Source: an uncultured archaeon
Lineage (GTDB): Archaea > Altiarchaeota > Altiarchaeia > IMC4 > SCGC-AAA252-I15
NCBI GenBank assembly: GCA_902384455.1
Contig: CABMCB010000004.1
Location: 1 to 64,000, forward strand
Reading direction: 5' to 3'
DNA length: 64,000 bases
In this document: positions 22,502 through 30,503 of the stretch, piece after piece
Layout of the letters: each line of letters starts with the position of its first letter
Numbering within the stretch: position 1 is the first letter of the stretch
Notes under the pieces: generated by a model
Told to the model about the DNA's origin: nothing
The model's database searches: none
The model's input: the letters and a program-made list of their open reading frames with translations, nothing else
Position numbers and translations under genes: made by a program

Positions 22502-23656
22502 GTGCTCATCTGGACCGCGATGCTGATTCCCGTATTGACGGTGCTCGTCCTTGCCTTCTTCTTCAACAAGAAAATGGCCTGGTGGGAGTACCTCGTGGTC
22601 CTGGGCATCCCGGCCCTCATCATCCTCGGCATCAAGGCTGACGTGGAAGCTTCCCAGGTCCACTGCACTGAATACTGGGGGGCCTACCTGACCAAGGGGG
22701 CGTACTACGAAGAGTGGAACGAGTACATCCACCAGACGTGTACCCGAAGTTACCCCTGCGGAACGGACAGCGAAGGCCATATCGAATGGTGCACGGAAAC
22801 CTATGACTGCTCCTACGTGGCCACCCATCCGGAATACTGGGAGGTCACCAACAGCATCGGGGAAGACTTCTCCGTAAGCAAGCAGTACTTCGAGAACCTC
22901 TGTAAGCTCTGGGGAAGCCGAGTGTTCGTGGACATGAATCGCCACTACTACACCGAAGACGGGGATGCCTACGTCACAACGTTCGACAAGGACTATGAAC
23001 ACACCATCCCCACCACCACGAAGCACTCTTACGAGAACCGTGTCCAGGCCTCCCACAGTGTGTTCAACTTCCGGGAGTTCAAGAAAGGCGAGGCTCAGCA
23101 GCTCGGGCTGTTCGACCACCCTCCCATCAACTCCTTCGACCAGACTTCTGTCTTGGGTACCCTAAGCTCTCACCAGGATAAGAAGTACGTCGACTTCACC
23201 AACGCCTACCTTGGGGCACCTTCCAAGTTCCGCATGTATATCCTGTCCTGGCAGGGCAAGGGCCAGGACATCGCTGTGCAGCAGGAGGCCTATTGGAAGG
23301 GCGGCAACAAGAATGAGATTGTCATCTGCGTTGGGATGGACAGTGCCAACACCAAGGCCGAGTGGTGCAAGGTGTTCGGGTGGTCCAAGAACGAAATCCT
23401 CAAAATCAATATCCGCGACTGTGTCGTGGGCCAGAACACCCTGGACTTGAAGGTGCTGGCCGGTTACGTGAACGAGCAGGTCAAAGGGAAGGTCATTCGT
23501 CGGGACTTCAGGGAATTCTCGTACCTGACGGTCGACCCTCCAACATCCGCAGTGGTATGGACGTTCATCGTGACGGCCCTACTGTGCGGAGGTCTGGCGT
23601 GGTTTTCCGTCGTGAACGAGTTTGACCGGGACTGCCCAAGCGGTTCCAGGTACTAA
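22502..23656 (+). CDS. membrane protein (N- and C-terminal TM segments, Cys-rich ectodomain)
   Basis: GTG start; 384 aa. Confidence 0.5.
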   Translation: MLIWTAMLIPVLTVLVLAFFFNKKMAWWEYLVVLGIPALIILGIKADVEASQVHCTEYWGAYLTKGAYYEEWNEYIHQTCTRSYPCGTDSEGHIEWCTETYDCSYVATHPEYWEVTNSIGEDFSVSKQYFENLCKLWGSRVFVDMNRHYYTEDGDAYVTTFDKDYEHTIPTTTKHSYENRVQASHSVFNFREFKKGEAQQLGLFDHPPINSFDQTSVLGTLSSHQDKKYVDFTNAYLGAPSKFRMYILSWQGKGQDIAVQQEAYWKGGNKNEIVICVGMDSANTKAEWCKVFGWSKNEILKINIRDCVVGQNTLDLKVLAGYVNEQVKGKVIRRDFREFSYLTVDPPTSAVVWTFIVTALLCGGLAWFSVVNEFDRDCPSGSRY

Positions 23657-23672
23657 AAACAAGGAGCATAAG

Positions 23673-24218
23673 ATGAAATACGTCGGATTGGCAGTCGTCG
23701 GAATCGGGCTCTTCCTGGCCCTGATGGCGGGGATGATGTACTTCTCCGTCAGCAACCAGGAAATCACCCTGCGGAATCAGGTCAAGGCCCAGCAGGAGAA
23801 CCTGAAGGTGGTCTTCGACACGACCTGGAAAATCATCCAGCAGCAGGCCGAGGTCGCGGACCAGTACAAGGACGCCTTCGCCAAAATCTATCCGGCCCTC
23901 ATGTCCGGACGATATGGCAACCAGCGCGGCGGGGCCCTCCTGTCCTTCATCAAGGAAAGCAACCCGGAATTCAACATCAATCTGTACGAGAAGCTGGCGA
24001 ATTCCATCGAGGCCCAGCGTATCACCTTCGCGGGTGAGCAGAAGAAGCTCATCGACCTGAAGCGTGAACATGACAACCTCCGCCAGACCTTCCCCAACAA
24101 CCTCATCGTGGGTTCCCGTCCTGAAATCGTCCTCGAAATCGTGACTTCCGACAAGACGAACGAGGCCTTCAAGACAGGCAAGGAAAACGACGTCAAGCTG
24201 TTCGGCAGCAAGAAGTAA
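23673..24218 (+). CDS. membrane-anchored protein (LemA-like?)
   Basis: RBS AAGGAGC; N-terminal TM helix, then a helical domain. Confidence 0.45.
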   Translation: MKYVGLAVVGIGLFLALMAGMMYFSVSNQEITLRNQVKAQQENLKVVFDTTWKIIQQQAEVADQYKDAFAKIYPALMSGRYGNQRGGALLSFIKESNPEFNINLYEKLANSIEAQRITFAGEQKKLIDLKREHDNLRQTFPNNLIVGSRPEIVLEIVTSDKTNEAFKTGKENDVKLFGSKK

Positions 24219-24225
24219 GCTGTAC

Positions 24226-24300
24226 GAGGTAGGTAGCTCAACAGGTAGAGCCGCAGGATGGTATCTGCGAGATTGAGGGTTCGAGTCCTTCACGACCTCG
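24226..24300 (+). tRNA. aberrant tRNA-like element (8-nt anticodon loop GATGGTAT, no CCA, imperfect acceptor)
   Basis: D-arm GCTC-AACAGGTA-GAGC, stem CGCAG/CTGCG, T-arm GAGGG-TTCGAGT-CCTTC. Possible pseudo-tRNA, frameshift-suppressor-like tRNA or att-site remnant. Confidence 0.3.
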
Positions 24301-24326
24301 CCTAAAAAATTCAAGGAGAAGAAAGT

Positions 24327-25229
24327 ATGGCCACGTCGCAAAAGCAGGAATACGAGTCGTTCGGTGATTGGGCAGCGGCCAACCTGAAGAAGGTGGTGCT
24401 CCTGGTCCTGTTGGTGGTGGGCGGCATCTTCGCTCTGACGGCGGTCTTCAAATCGTTCTACACCGTCCCTGCGGGTAACCGTGGGCTGGTGTTCAACTGG
24501 GGCGCCTTGGACAAGACCCCCATCGAGCCGGGGCTGCACATGAAGGTTCCATACAAGCAGCACGTCGAACTGTTCAACGTCCAGATGCGCGAGTCCCGTT
24601 TCGAGAAGCTCGGTGCGGCTTCGTCCGATGCTCAGCAGGTCATTTCGGACATCGCCGTGAACTTCGAAATCATCCCCTCGATGATTGGGGATGTGCGGGA
24701 AACCTACGGCGGCTGGGAAGGCTTTGCGGGCGGTATCTTGCACAACGCCATCCAGCAAACGTACAAGGACATCACGGCTCAGTACAAGGCGAACGCCATC
24801 TTGGCGAACCGGGAAAAAATCAGCCAGCAGCTCCACGAACAGCTCGTCGAGAAGCTGAAGGATTTCCGCTTCGTCAACATCGTGATGACCACGGTGAACA
24901 ACATCGACTTCTCGCCCGAGTATGCGAAGGCCATCGAAGAGAAGCAGGTGGCCGAGCAGGAGGCCCAGAAGGCCGTCTATCAGGCGCAGCAGGCGAAGAA
25001 CATGGCCGAAGCGCAAATCAACGAGGCCCGAGGCCGTGCGGAAGCCGCCAAGCTCCTGCGTATCCAGACGGACAAGACGGTCTTGGCCCGTATGTGGATT
25101 GACAAGTGGGACGGCAGCTTGCCCCAGGTGCTGACTGGCAGCAACCAGGGTATGATGCTTAACCTTCAAAACCTCGGCACGAAGACCGCCCCGGCCAAGA
25201 AGGATGAGAAGTCCAAGGACGACGAGTAA
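24327..25229 (+). CDS. SPFH/band-7 (prohibitin/HflK-like) membrane protein
   Basis: TM helix followed by YTVPAGNRGLVFNWGAL...GLHMKVP...VELFNVQ; coiled-coil Ala/Gln-rich C-terminus. Confidence 0.65.
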   Translation: MATSQKQEYESFGDWAAANLKKVVLLVLLVVGGIFALTAVFKSFYTVPAGNRGLVFNWGALDKTPIEPGLHMKVPYKQHVELFNVQMRESRFEKLGAASSDAQQVISDIAVNFEIIPSMIGDVRETYGGWEGFAGGILHNAIQQTYKDITAQYKANAILANREKISQQLHEQLVEKLKDFRFVNIVMTTVNNIDFSPEYAKAIEEKQVAEQEAQKAVYQAQQAKNMAEAQINEARGRAEAAKLLRIQTDKTVLARMWIDKWDGSLPQVLTGSNQGMMLNLQNLGTKTAPAKKDEKSKDDE

Positions 25230-25263
25230 CCCCTTCCAACGGTAGGCTCCCGCCAAGAGCTTT

Positions 25264-25297
25264 AGCCCTCCTCGCCCCAGTGGGGAGGGCTTTTTAT
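25264..25297 (+). terminator. rho-independent terminator
   Basis: GCCCTCCTCGCCCC-agt-GGGGAGGGC followed by TTTTTATT. Confidence 0.7.
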
Positions 25298-25301
25298 TAG
25301 G

Positions 25302-25330
25302 TTGACAGAGGTCCCCGTAAATGGTAAACT
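25302..25330 (+). promoter_or_regulatory. sigma70-type promoter TTGACA-N17-TAAACT
   Basis: The -10 ends 7 nt before ATG 25337, implying a leaderless mRNA. Confidence 0.55.
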
Positions 25331-25336
25331 GTATAC

Positions 25337-25507
25337 ATGGAACCAAAGAAACCCAAGCTCCCACTTCCGACCGACGTCATCAAGGCGATGTACGAAGAGC
25401 GCCTTAAGGTCCAGGAAGACAAAGAAAAGCAGCTTGCCAGCATGTTTCCTCCAGGGAAGAAAGCCCCTTATATGAAGTCCCTTTTCGACCTGATTGGGCT
25501 AAACTGA
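25337..25507 (+). CDS. small hypothetical protein (56 aa)
   Basis: First ATG after the promoter; its stop overlaps the start of the next gene. Confidence 0.4.
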   Translation: MEPKKPKLPLPTDVIKAMYEERLKVQEDKEKQLASMFPPGKKAPYMKSLFDLIGLN

Positions 25508-25710
25508 TGAACCGAGTTTGCCCCTCTCTCACCAAGAAGGCAAACAAGGTTTTAAAGGGCTCTACCGTTTGTGTAAATCCTCAGCAGGGATACATCCTGG
25601 AGTATCGTCTGGAAGGTCAGCAGGCCATCGTTCCCCTCGGAAGAACCCTCAAAGAAGCCGAAAAGAAGCTTATCTGGATTAAGAAGCGACTCCCCACAAA
25701 TAAAGCTTGA
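25507..25710 (+). CDS. hypothetical protein
   Basis: 67 aa; translationally coupled to the previous ORF. Confidence 0.45.
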   Translation: MNRVCPSLTKKANKVLKGSTVCVNPQQGYILEYRLEGQQAIVPLGRTLKEAEKKLIWIKKRLPTNKA

Positions 25711-25735
25711 CAGCACCCCTCCCCTGCAGTATACT
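25707..25735 (+). promoter_or_regulatory. sigma70-type promoter TTGACA-N17-TATACT
   Basis: RBS AAGGGAGG follows before ATG 25764. Confidence 0.6.
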
Positions 25736-25763
25736 GGCCTCAGACTAAGAAAGGGAGGACGCC

Positions 25764-26291
25764 ATGACCACCGCAACACGCAAAAGCCCGGTCACCAAAA
25801 AGGCCAAGGCCTTGGTTCTGGTACCCTTCAAGACCCCCCTCAAGACTTCTGGCTGCATGGGCTGCGGAGCCCCTGTGGCACACCGCTGGGTGGACCCGGA
25901 TACAGGCCGTAAGTTCGAGGCCTGCGACAACCAGCGCTGCCAAGCATTCGTCTGGAATTCCATCCCCCAGAGCACCAAGGAGCTGCTGGAGCAGCGTCTC
26001 TGGGCCAAGCTGGGGGCGGTCTACGCCTCCGAAATCGAAATCACTCGGGATTCCAAGACCAAGCCAACCATTAAGGGACGTCCAGCCACCAAGTGCTGGG
26101 CCGTCTGGAACAACCTGGACGGGGACACTGCCGACGCTATGAAACTTTATGAGCTCTACAAGTTCAAGCCAAAGGAACGTTACATGGTCTTCACGGACAA
26201 GGGCAGGTTCGTTGCCCTGGTCAAGACGAAAGCTCATGCCGAGTCCCTGGCCAAGGACACGCAGGTGGTGGTCTTCTGGGGAGGTTTCTAA
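25764..26291 (+). CDS. hypothetical protein with CxxC...C..C zinc-ribbon-like N-terminus
   Basis: CMGCGAP...CDNQRC. Confidence 0.5.
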   Translation: MTTATRKSPVTKKAKALVLVPFKTPLKTSGCMGCGAPVAHRWVDPDTGRKFEACDNQRCQAFVWNSIPQSTKELLEQRLWAKLGAVYASEIEITRDSKTKPTIKGRPATKCWAVWNNLDGDTADAMKLYELYKFKPKERYMVFTDKGRFVALVKTKAHAESLAKDTQVVVFWGGF

Positions 26292-26833
26292 TGAAAATCG
26301 ACCCGAGAAACTTCAACATCACTCCGGAATCCGTCTCCGAATTGGAGGCGAATTACGACACTCGGGTGGTCCTCGAAGACTACTTCATCGACTACACGGT
26401 GTACAACGGCCCCATCAACAAGAGATTCTTCACCACGTTCCTGTATCGCCTAAAGAAGAGCGTGGACCGGGACGAGATTTGGAAGAAGAGATATCTGGGT
26501 AAGGATGTGGATAGCTGGGAGCACTTGGAACAGAAGCTCTACCGGGGACCCGACCCTCCGGAGTACGCTCAACCCCACGAGCTTCATTGGAAAATCGACA
26601 TCTACTTCCGACCGCGCAAGAAGAAGCTCACCGAAAGGGAGTTTGTCGCTCAGCCTCTTGGACTCCTCTCCAAGATACTGGCAAGCCTGATTGCCGTCAT
26701 CACTCTGGACACTTTCTTTCCCGCCAAGGATGGGGAAAGCAATGTGGGCCGGAATGCCCTCGGAGCCTTCGTGTTTGTGGAATATCTGAACGCCAAGCAC
26801 GAGGAAGACCAACGAAGAGAAGCGCAGGAATAA
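26291..26833 (+). CDS. hypothetical protein
   Basis: 180 aa; ATG overlaps the upstream TAA. Confidence 0.5.
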   Translation: MKIDPRNFNITPESVSELEANYDTRVVLEDYFIDYTVYNGPINKRFFTTFLYRLKKSVDRDEIWKKRYLGKDVDSWEHLEQKLYRGPDPPEYAQPHELHWKIDIYFRPRKKKLTEREFVAQPLGLLSKILASLIAVITLDTFFPAKDGESNVGRNALGAFVFVEYLNAKHEEDQRREAQE

Positions 26834-26844
26834 AGGAGAACAAC

Positions 26845-27036
26845 GTGGACCAAAGCAACTACATGACGGACCAGGAGCTGGCCGACTGGAACTACATCCT
26901 GAACCACTGGGTGACTTATGGCCCGGTCGTCAAGGAGTACATCATCCGCCAGACCCTGCTGCAGGGTAAGCCAATAACGGCCAAGGACATCAAGGCCTTC
27001 GAAACGATGATGGACCTCAACGCTCCTCAAGATTGA
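26845..27036 (+). CDS. hypothetical small protein
   Basis: GTG with RBS AAAGGAG; C-terminal portion of ORF 26587..27036. Confidence 0.4.
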   Translation: MDQSNYMTDQELADWNYILNHWVTYGPVVKEYIIRQTLLQGKPITAKDIKAFETMMDLNAPQD

Positions 27037-27061
27037 CAAACATCCTCGATTCAGGTACAAT
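27033..27061 (+). promoter_or_regulatory. sigma70-type promoter TTGACA-N17-TACAAT
   Basis: The -10 ends 7 nt before ATG 27068, implying a leaderless mRNA. Confidence 0.6.
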
Positions 27062-27067
27062 GCACCT

Positions 27068-28210
27068 ATGAACGACTCTGTCCTGGAAATCCAAAAACTT
27101 CTCCGTAGCGGCCAGACTCCCGAGCAAATCTGTGAGCCTCTGGGCATCGAGGTGCGTCGTAAGGACGGCAAAGTGCTGTTCTCCTACGACCAAATCGAAA
27201 GCCACAAGTTCAAGGCTCATCCGGTGGTCAAGGAGTGCCGGGGACTCATCCTCTACGAGGACAACTGGGACATCTGTTCCATGGCCTTCTCGCGCTTCCT
27301 CAACTATGGGGAAGACGGGGCAGACCCCCTTCCCGAGGACCTGAGCGGCTGCTACGTGCTGGAGAAGGTTGACGGCACGATGGTGTCCATGTACTGGGAC
27401 CGCAACGACAAGAACTGGCACTGCGCGACCCGGTCCATGATTGACGCCGAGGGTACGGTCAACAACCTGGACCTGGGAACCTTTGCGGCCCTCTTCTGGA
27501 ATGCGCTGAGCACCACGAAGTTTGACGACGTCAAGGGAACCCTGAAGTGGGGGCGTACCTACGTGTTCGAGCTCACGTCCCCCTACAACCGGGTGGTTAC
27601 GTACTACCCAGAGACTTCGGCAACCCTCCTCATGGTTCGCCACAATGCAGACGCTATGGAGTGTGCTCGGGGAGAGGTCGAAAAGATTGCCGAATACCTC
27701 GGATGTGCTGTGGTGAAAGCTGTCAAGGCCACAGATTTTGCTGCCCTACTCAAGATGCAGAAGGAGGACGGGTCCCAGCTCGACCCTGAGTTCGAGGGGT
27801 ATGTCATCGTCAAGGAAGACGTCCCCTCCCACAAGCGGAACAAGCTGAAGAACCCGGCCTATCTCGCCCTCCACAGGGTGGCCACCAGCGTCAGTGAACG
27901 CAACCTCCTGGAGCTGGTCAAGATGGGAGTCCACGACGATTTCCTGGGGCGTTTCCCTGAGTGGAAGCCTTCCATCGACAAGATGGTCCAGGGCCTTGTG
28001 AATATGGACCGCATCATCCGGCTGGACTGGCAGCGCCTGTGCCACATTGAGGACCGGAAGACATTCGCCATCGAGGCTTGCAAGTGCCGGTTTCCGTCCT
28101 TCCTCTTTGCGCTGAAGAACAACAAGGTATGCCTCTACACCCTCAAGCAGTCCATCATCGACATGCGGACCGATGCGCTGCTGGATTCCATCGAGAAGGC
28201 GAATAAGTGA
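27068..28210 (+). CDS. rnlA: RNA ligase (T4 RnlA/Rnl1-like)
   Basis: Nucleotidyltransferase motif I LEKVDGTMV (KxDG), 380 aa, immediately upstream of a Pnk homolog. Confidence 0.65.
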   Translation: MNDSVLEIQKLLRSGQTPEQICEPLGIEVRRKDGKVLFSYDQIESHKFKAHPVVKECRGLILYEDNWDICSMAFSRFLNYGEDGADPLPEDLSGCYVLEKVDGTMVSMYWDRNDKNWHCATRSMIDAEGTVNNLDLGTFAALFWNALSTTKFDDVKGTLKWGRTYVFELTSPYNRVVTYYPETSATLLMVRHNADAMECARGEVEKIAEYLGCAVVKAVKATDFAALLKMQKEDGSQLDPEFEGYVIVKEDVPSHKRNKLKNPAYLALHRVATSVSERNLLELVKMGVHDDFLGRFPEWKPSIDKMVQGLVNMDRIIRLDWQRLCHIEDRKTFAIEACKCRFPSFLFALKNNKVCLYTLKQSIIDMRTDALLDSIEKANK

Positions 28211-28437
28211 GTGAGTGCCAGCATGCCTACACTGTCAGGAATACAGTCCACTTCCTGGAGTGTGAGTATTGCGGGCACAAACTCCCTACAGGCTTCAAGC
28301 ACACCTGCGAAACATGTCTCGACGTTGGATGGATATGGGTGGACAAGCTAACTGACCGACGCAAGGAATGCCCTGACTGTAAACGTGGGGTAGACCCTGA
28401 AATCAAGAGGAGATACGGAACATGGGTAACCCCTTAA
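28207..28437 (+). CDS. zinc-finger protein (multiple CxxC)
   Basis: CEYCGH...CETC...CPDC; GTG start. Confidence 0.45.
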   Translation: MSECQHAYTVRNTVHFLECEYCGHKLPTGFKHTCETCLDVGWIWVDKLTDRRKECPDCKRGVDPEIKRRYGTWVTP

Positions 28438-28460
28438 GATTCTGCCCGGACTGCAAGTAC

Positions 28461-28598
28461 TATGCACCTGAGTGTCCATAACAAGGACGGCTTGTGCAGG
28501 GCTTGGCGTGAAAAAGACAAAGAGACGGTGGTCGAAAAGCCTCCTGTCAAGGACTGGAGCTACTGGCTCAACTGGGTCATCGGAAGGAAAAGTAAGTG
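28461..28598 (+). CDS. small ORF (45 aa), possibly the 3' part of a frameshifted zinc-ribbon gene beginning at 28421
   Basis: The ORF 28421..28480 (MGNPLRFCPDCKYYAPECP) and this ORF overlap in different frames. Confidence 0.25.
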
Positions 28599-29477
28599 AG
28601 ACTCTACCAAATGTATGGCTTGCCTGGCTCCGGCAAGAGCACTCTCGCGGCCAAGATGTGCCGGGAGAACGGGCACCTCGTGCGGGTCAACAAGGACCTG
28701 CTGCGGGAAATGCTCCTGTGCAATCACTGGGTCCCCAAGAAGGAGAAGACCATCGGGCGTACTGCCCTGGAGCTGGTCCGCTACCTCCTCAAGGAAGGCC
28801 ACGACGTCATCGTTGACGAGACGTCCCTCAACCCTATCCACGAGCAGAACTACCGCCGTATCGCGGACGAATACAAGGCTTCCTATGAGCTCATCAAGAT
28901 GGACACCCCTGTGTCCGTTTGCGTACACCGGGATGCCGAGCGCATCAAGAGAGGGGAGCGTGGTGTTGGCCGTGACGTCATCCTGAACATGGCGTTCCAG
29001 TACAACATCTTCCGTTCCCCCAACACCTGTGTGGTCTTCGACATGGACGGAACCCTGGCCGACTGCAGCCCCCGCAGGCACTTCGTCCGGAACCTCAACG
29101 GTGACCCCAACTGGAAGAAGGACTGGAAGTCGTTCTTCGACCACATCATGGACGATACGCCCCGGCCTACGGTGGTGGCTGAGCTCATGAAGGCTCGTGA
29201 GGAAGGCCATGACGTCATCATCGTGTCTGCCCGTCCCGAGGACCGCCGAAAGGTCACCGAGGACTGGCTGATGAAACATTCAATCCCCCACGACCGTATC
29301 ATCATGCGGCGTAGCGGTGATTCCCGCGACGATACCATCGTCAAGCAGGAAATCATCGACACCTACATGGACAAGTCCAAAATCGTCCGGTGGTTCGACG
29401 ACCGGCCCAGCGTCATCCGTCAGGTGAGGACCAACGGGATTCAGGTCATCGACGTCGGACAGGGAGAGGAATTCTGA
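28596..29477 (+). CDS. pnk: polynucleotide 5'-kinase/3'-phosphatase (T4 Pnk-like)
   Basis: N-terminal P-loop YGLPGSGKST; C-terminal HAD phosphatase motifs VVFDMDGTL, IVSARPE, WFDDRP. Confidence 0.75.
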   Translation: MRLYQMYGLPGSGKSTLAAKMCRENGHLVRVNKDLLREMLLCNHWVPKKEKTIGRTALELVRYLLKEGHDVIVDETSLNPIHEQNYRRIADEYKASYELIKMDTPVSVCVHRDAERIKRGERGVGRDVILNMAFQYNIFRSPNTCVVFDMDGTLADCSPRRHFVRNLNGDPNWKKDWKSFFDHIMDDTPRPTVVAELMKAREEGHDVIIVSARPEDRRKVTEDWLMKHSIPHDRIIMRRSGDSRDDTIVKQEIIDTYMDKSKIVRWFDDRPSVIRQVRTNGIQVIDVGQGEEF

Positions 29478-29707
29478 TGAAACTCAAGCCGACACAGCGT
29501 GGATTCCAACGCAGTGAATTCATCGACCGCTATGGTCAGTTCTGCTCCCTGCAGGAGAGCTCCTTGGCTACGGAGGGGTGTATCTGGCTTGGGGTGGATA
29601 CAAACGTAGAGGGCAAGGAAATCCTAGGGCGTATGCACCTGACCCAGAAGATGGTCAAGGACCTACTGCCCCACCTCAAGAAGTTCGCCAGGACAGGGCA
29701 TCTTTAG
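29477..29707 (+). CDS. hypothetical protein
   Basis: ATG overlaps the Pnk stop; 76 aa; last gene of the + block. Confidence 0.45.
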   Translation: MKLKPTQRGFQRSEFIDRYGQFCSLQESSLATEGCIWLGVDTNVEGKEILGRMHLTQKMVKDLLPHLKKFARTGHL

Positions 29708-30483
29708 GATTCCAGAAGCTTCTTGATATTCTCTGGACGGTCCAAGGCTTGGAGAGCCAGGTAGACGTCGAAGTCAAAACTCTTGGCCTCGCTCTCCAAC
29801 GCTTTGGGAACAAACCGGAAGCTTTTCGACAGGGTCACGTTCTTGAATCCAGCCCGAGCATTCGACCGGGCTTCCAAGAAGTTCCTCGTAAGCCCTTCCT
29901 GATACTTTGATTCGATGTTCTTGAAGACGATACCCTTCGACCCGTCCTCATCCAAGGAGTTAAAGAAGTCCCTCTTGTATTGGCTGACTGATTCAATGAG
30001 CTTTACAAAGGGCGAGTTTATCTTCCGGAACGAATCCTCCAGGTAAACGCGCCTAATCTTCCACGGCTCGTCCTTCAGAATAACACCCTTGAACTTCATG
30101 ATATCCACTAGGACGAGCTTAAACATGCCGTGGGAGAAGTTCAGGTTCTCCGCTCCAAGGGGTCCCAAATCAAACAGAGGCTCCATGGACTGCTTCTGGT
30201 CGGATACAATCACACAATCAAACACACAATCCCCCAGAAGCTTGTGGATAGGGATGTTCTTGATGTGCAGGAAGTTATTCGTGAGGTTCTTTCCAAGGCT
30301 CGTGCCGTTACAGCACTTCTTGGACACGAACAAGGAATTGCCGTCAGCCATCGAGCTCAAAACAGCCCGGTAGCCGCTCAGTAGTTCCTCGGCCACCCAC
30401 TCAGGGTCCTGCCAAAGGTCGTTCACAAGCTGGATAGGATAGGCGTATTGCAACGCACTGTCACTAACGTAAAGGTAAGACAA
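29704..30483 (-). CDS. hypothetical protein in a low-GC segment (weak ligase-like motifs)
   Basis: GC about 48% against about 58% in the surroundings; EGIVFK and GDCVFDCVIV are reminiscent of ligase motifs IV and III but no KxDG. Confidence 0.4.
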   Translation of the reverse strand: MSYLYVSDSALQYAYPIQLVNDLWQDPEWVAEELLSGYRAVLSSMADGNSLFVSKKCCNGTSLGKNLTNNFLHIKNIPIHKLLGDCVFDCVIVSDQKQSMEPLFDLGPLGAENLNFSHGMFKLVLVDIMKFKGVILKDEPWKIRRVYLEDSFRKINSPFVKLIESVSQYKRDFFNSLDEDGSKGIVFKNIESKYQEGLTRNFLEARSNARAGFKNVTLSKSFRFVPKALESEAKSFDFDVYLALQALDRPENIKKLLES

Positions 30484-30503
30484 TTTGTACCTACACCCTA
30501 GTT

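Noticed and set aside
29720-29760. Possible bidirectional terminator hairpin at the convergence point (TCCAGA...TCTGGA).
   Set aside because: The stem is only 6 bp with a 16-nt loop, it lacks U-tracts, and it lies inside the coding sequence of gene 29704-30483.
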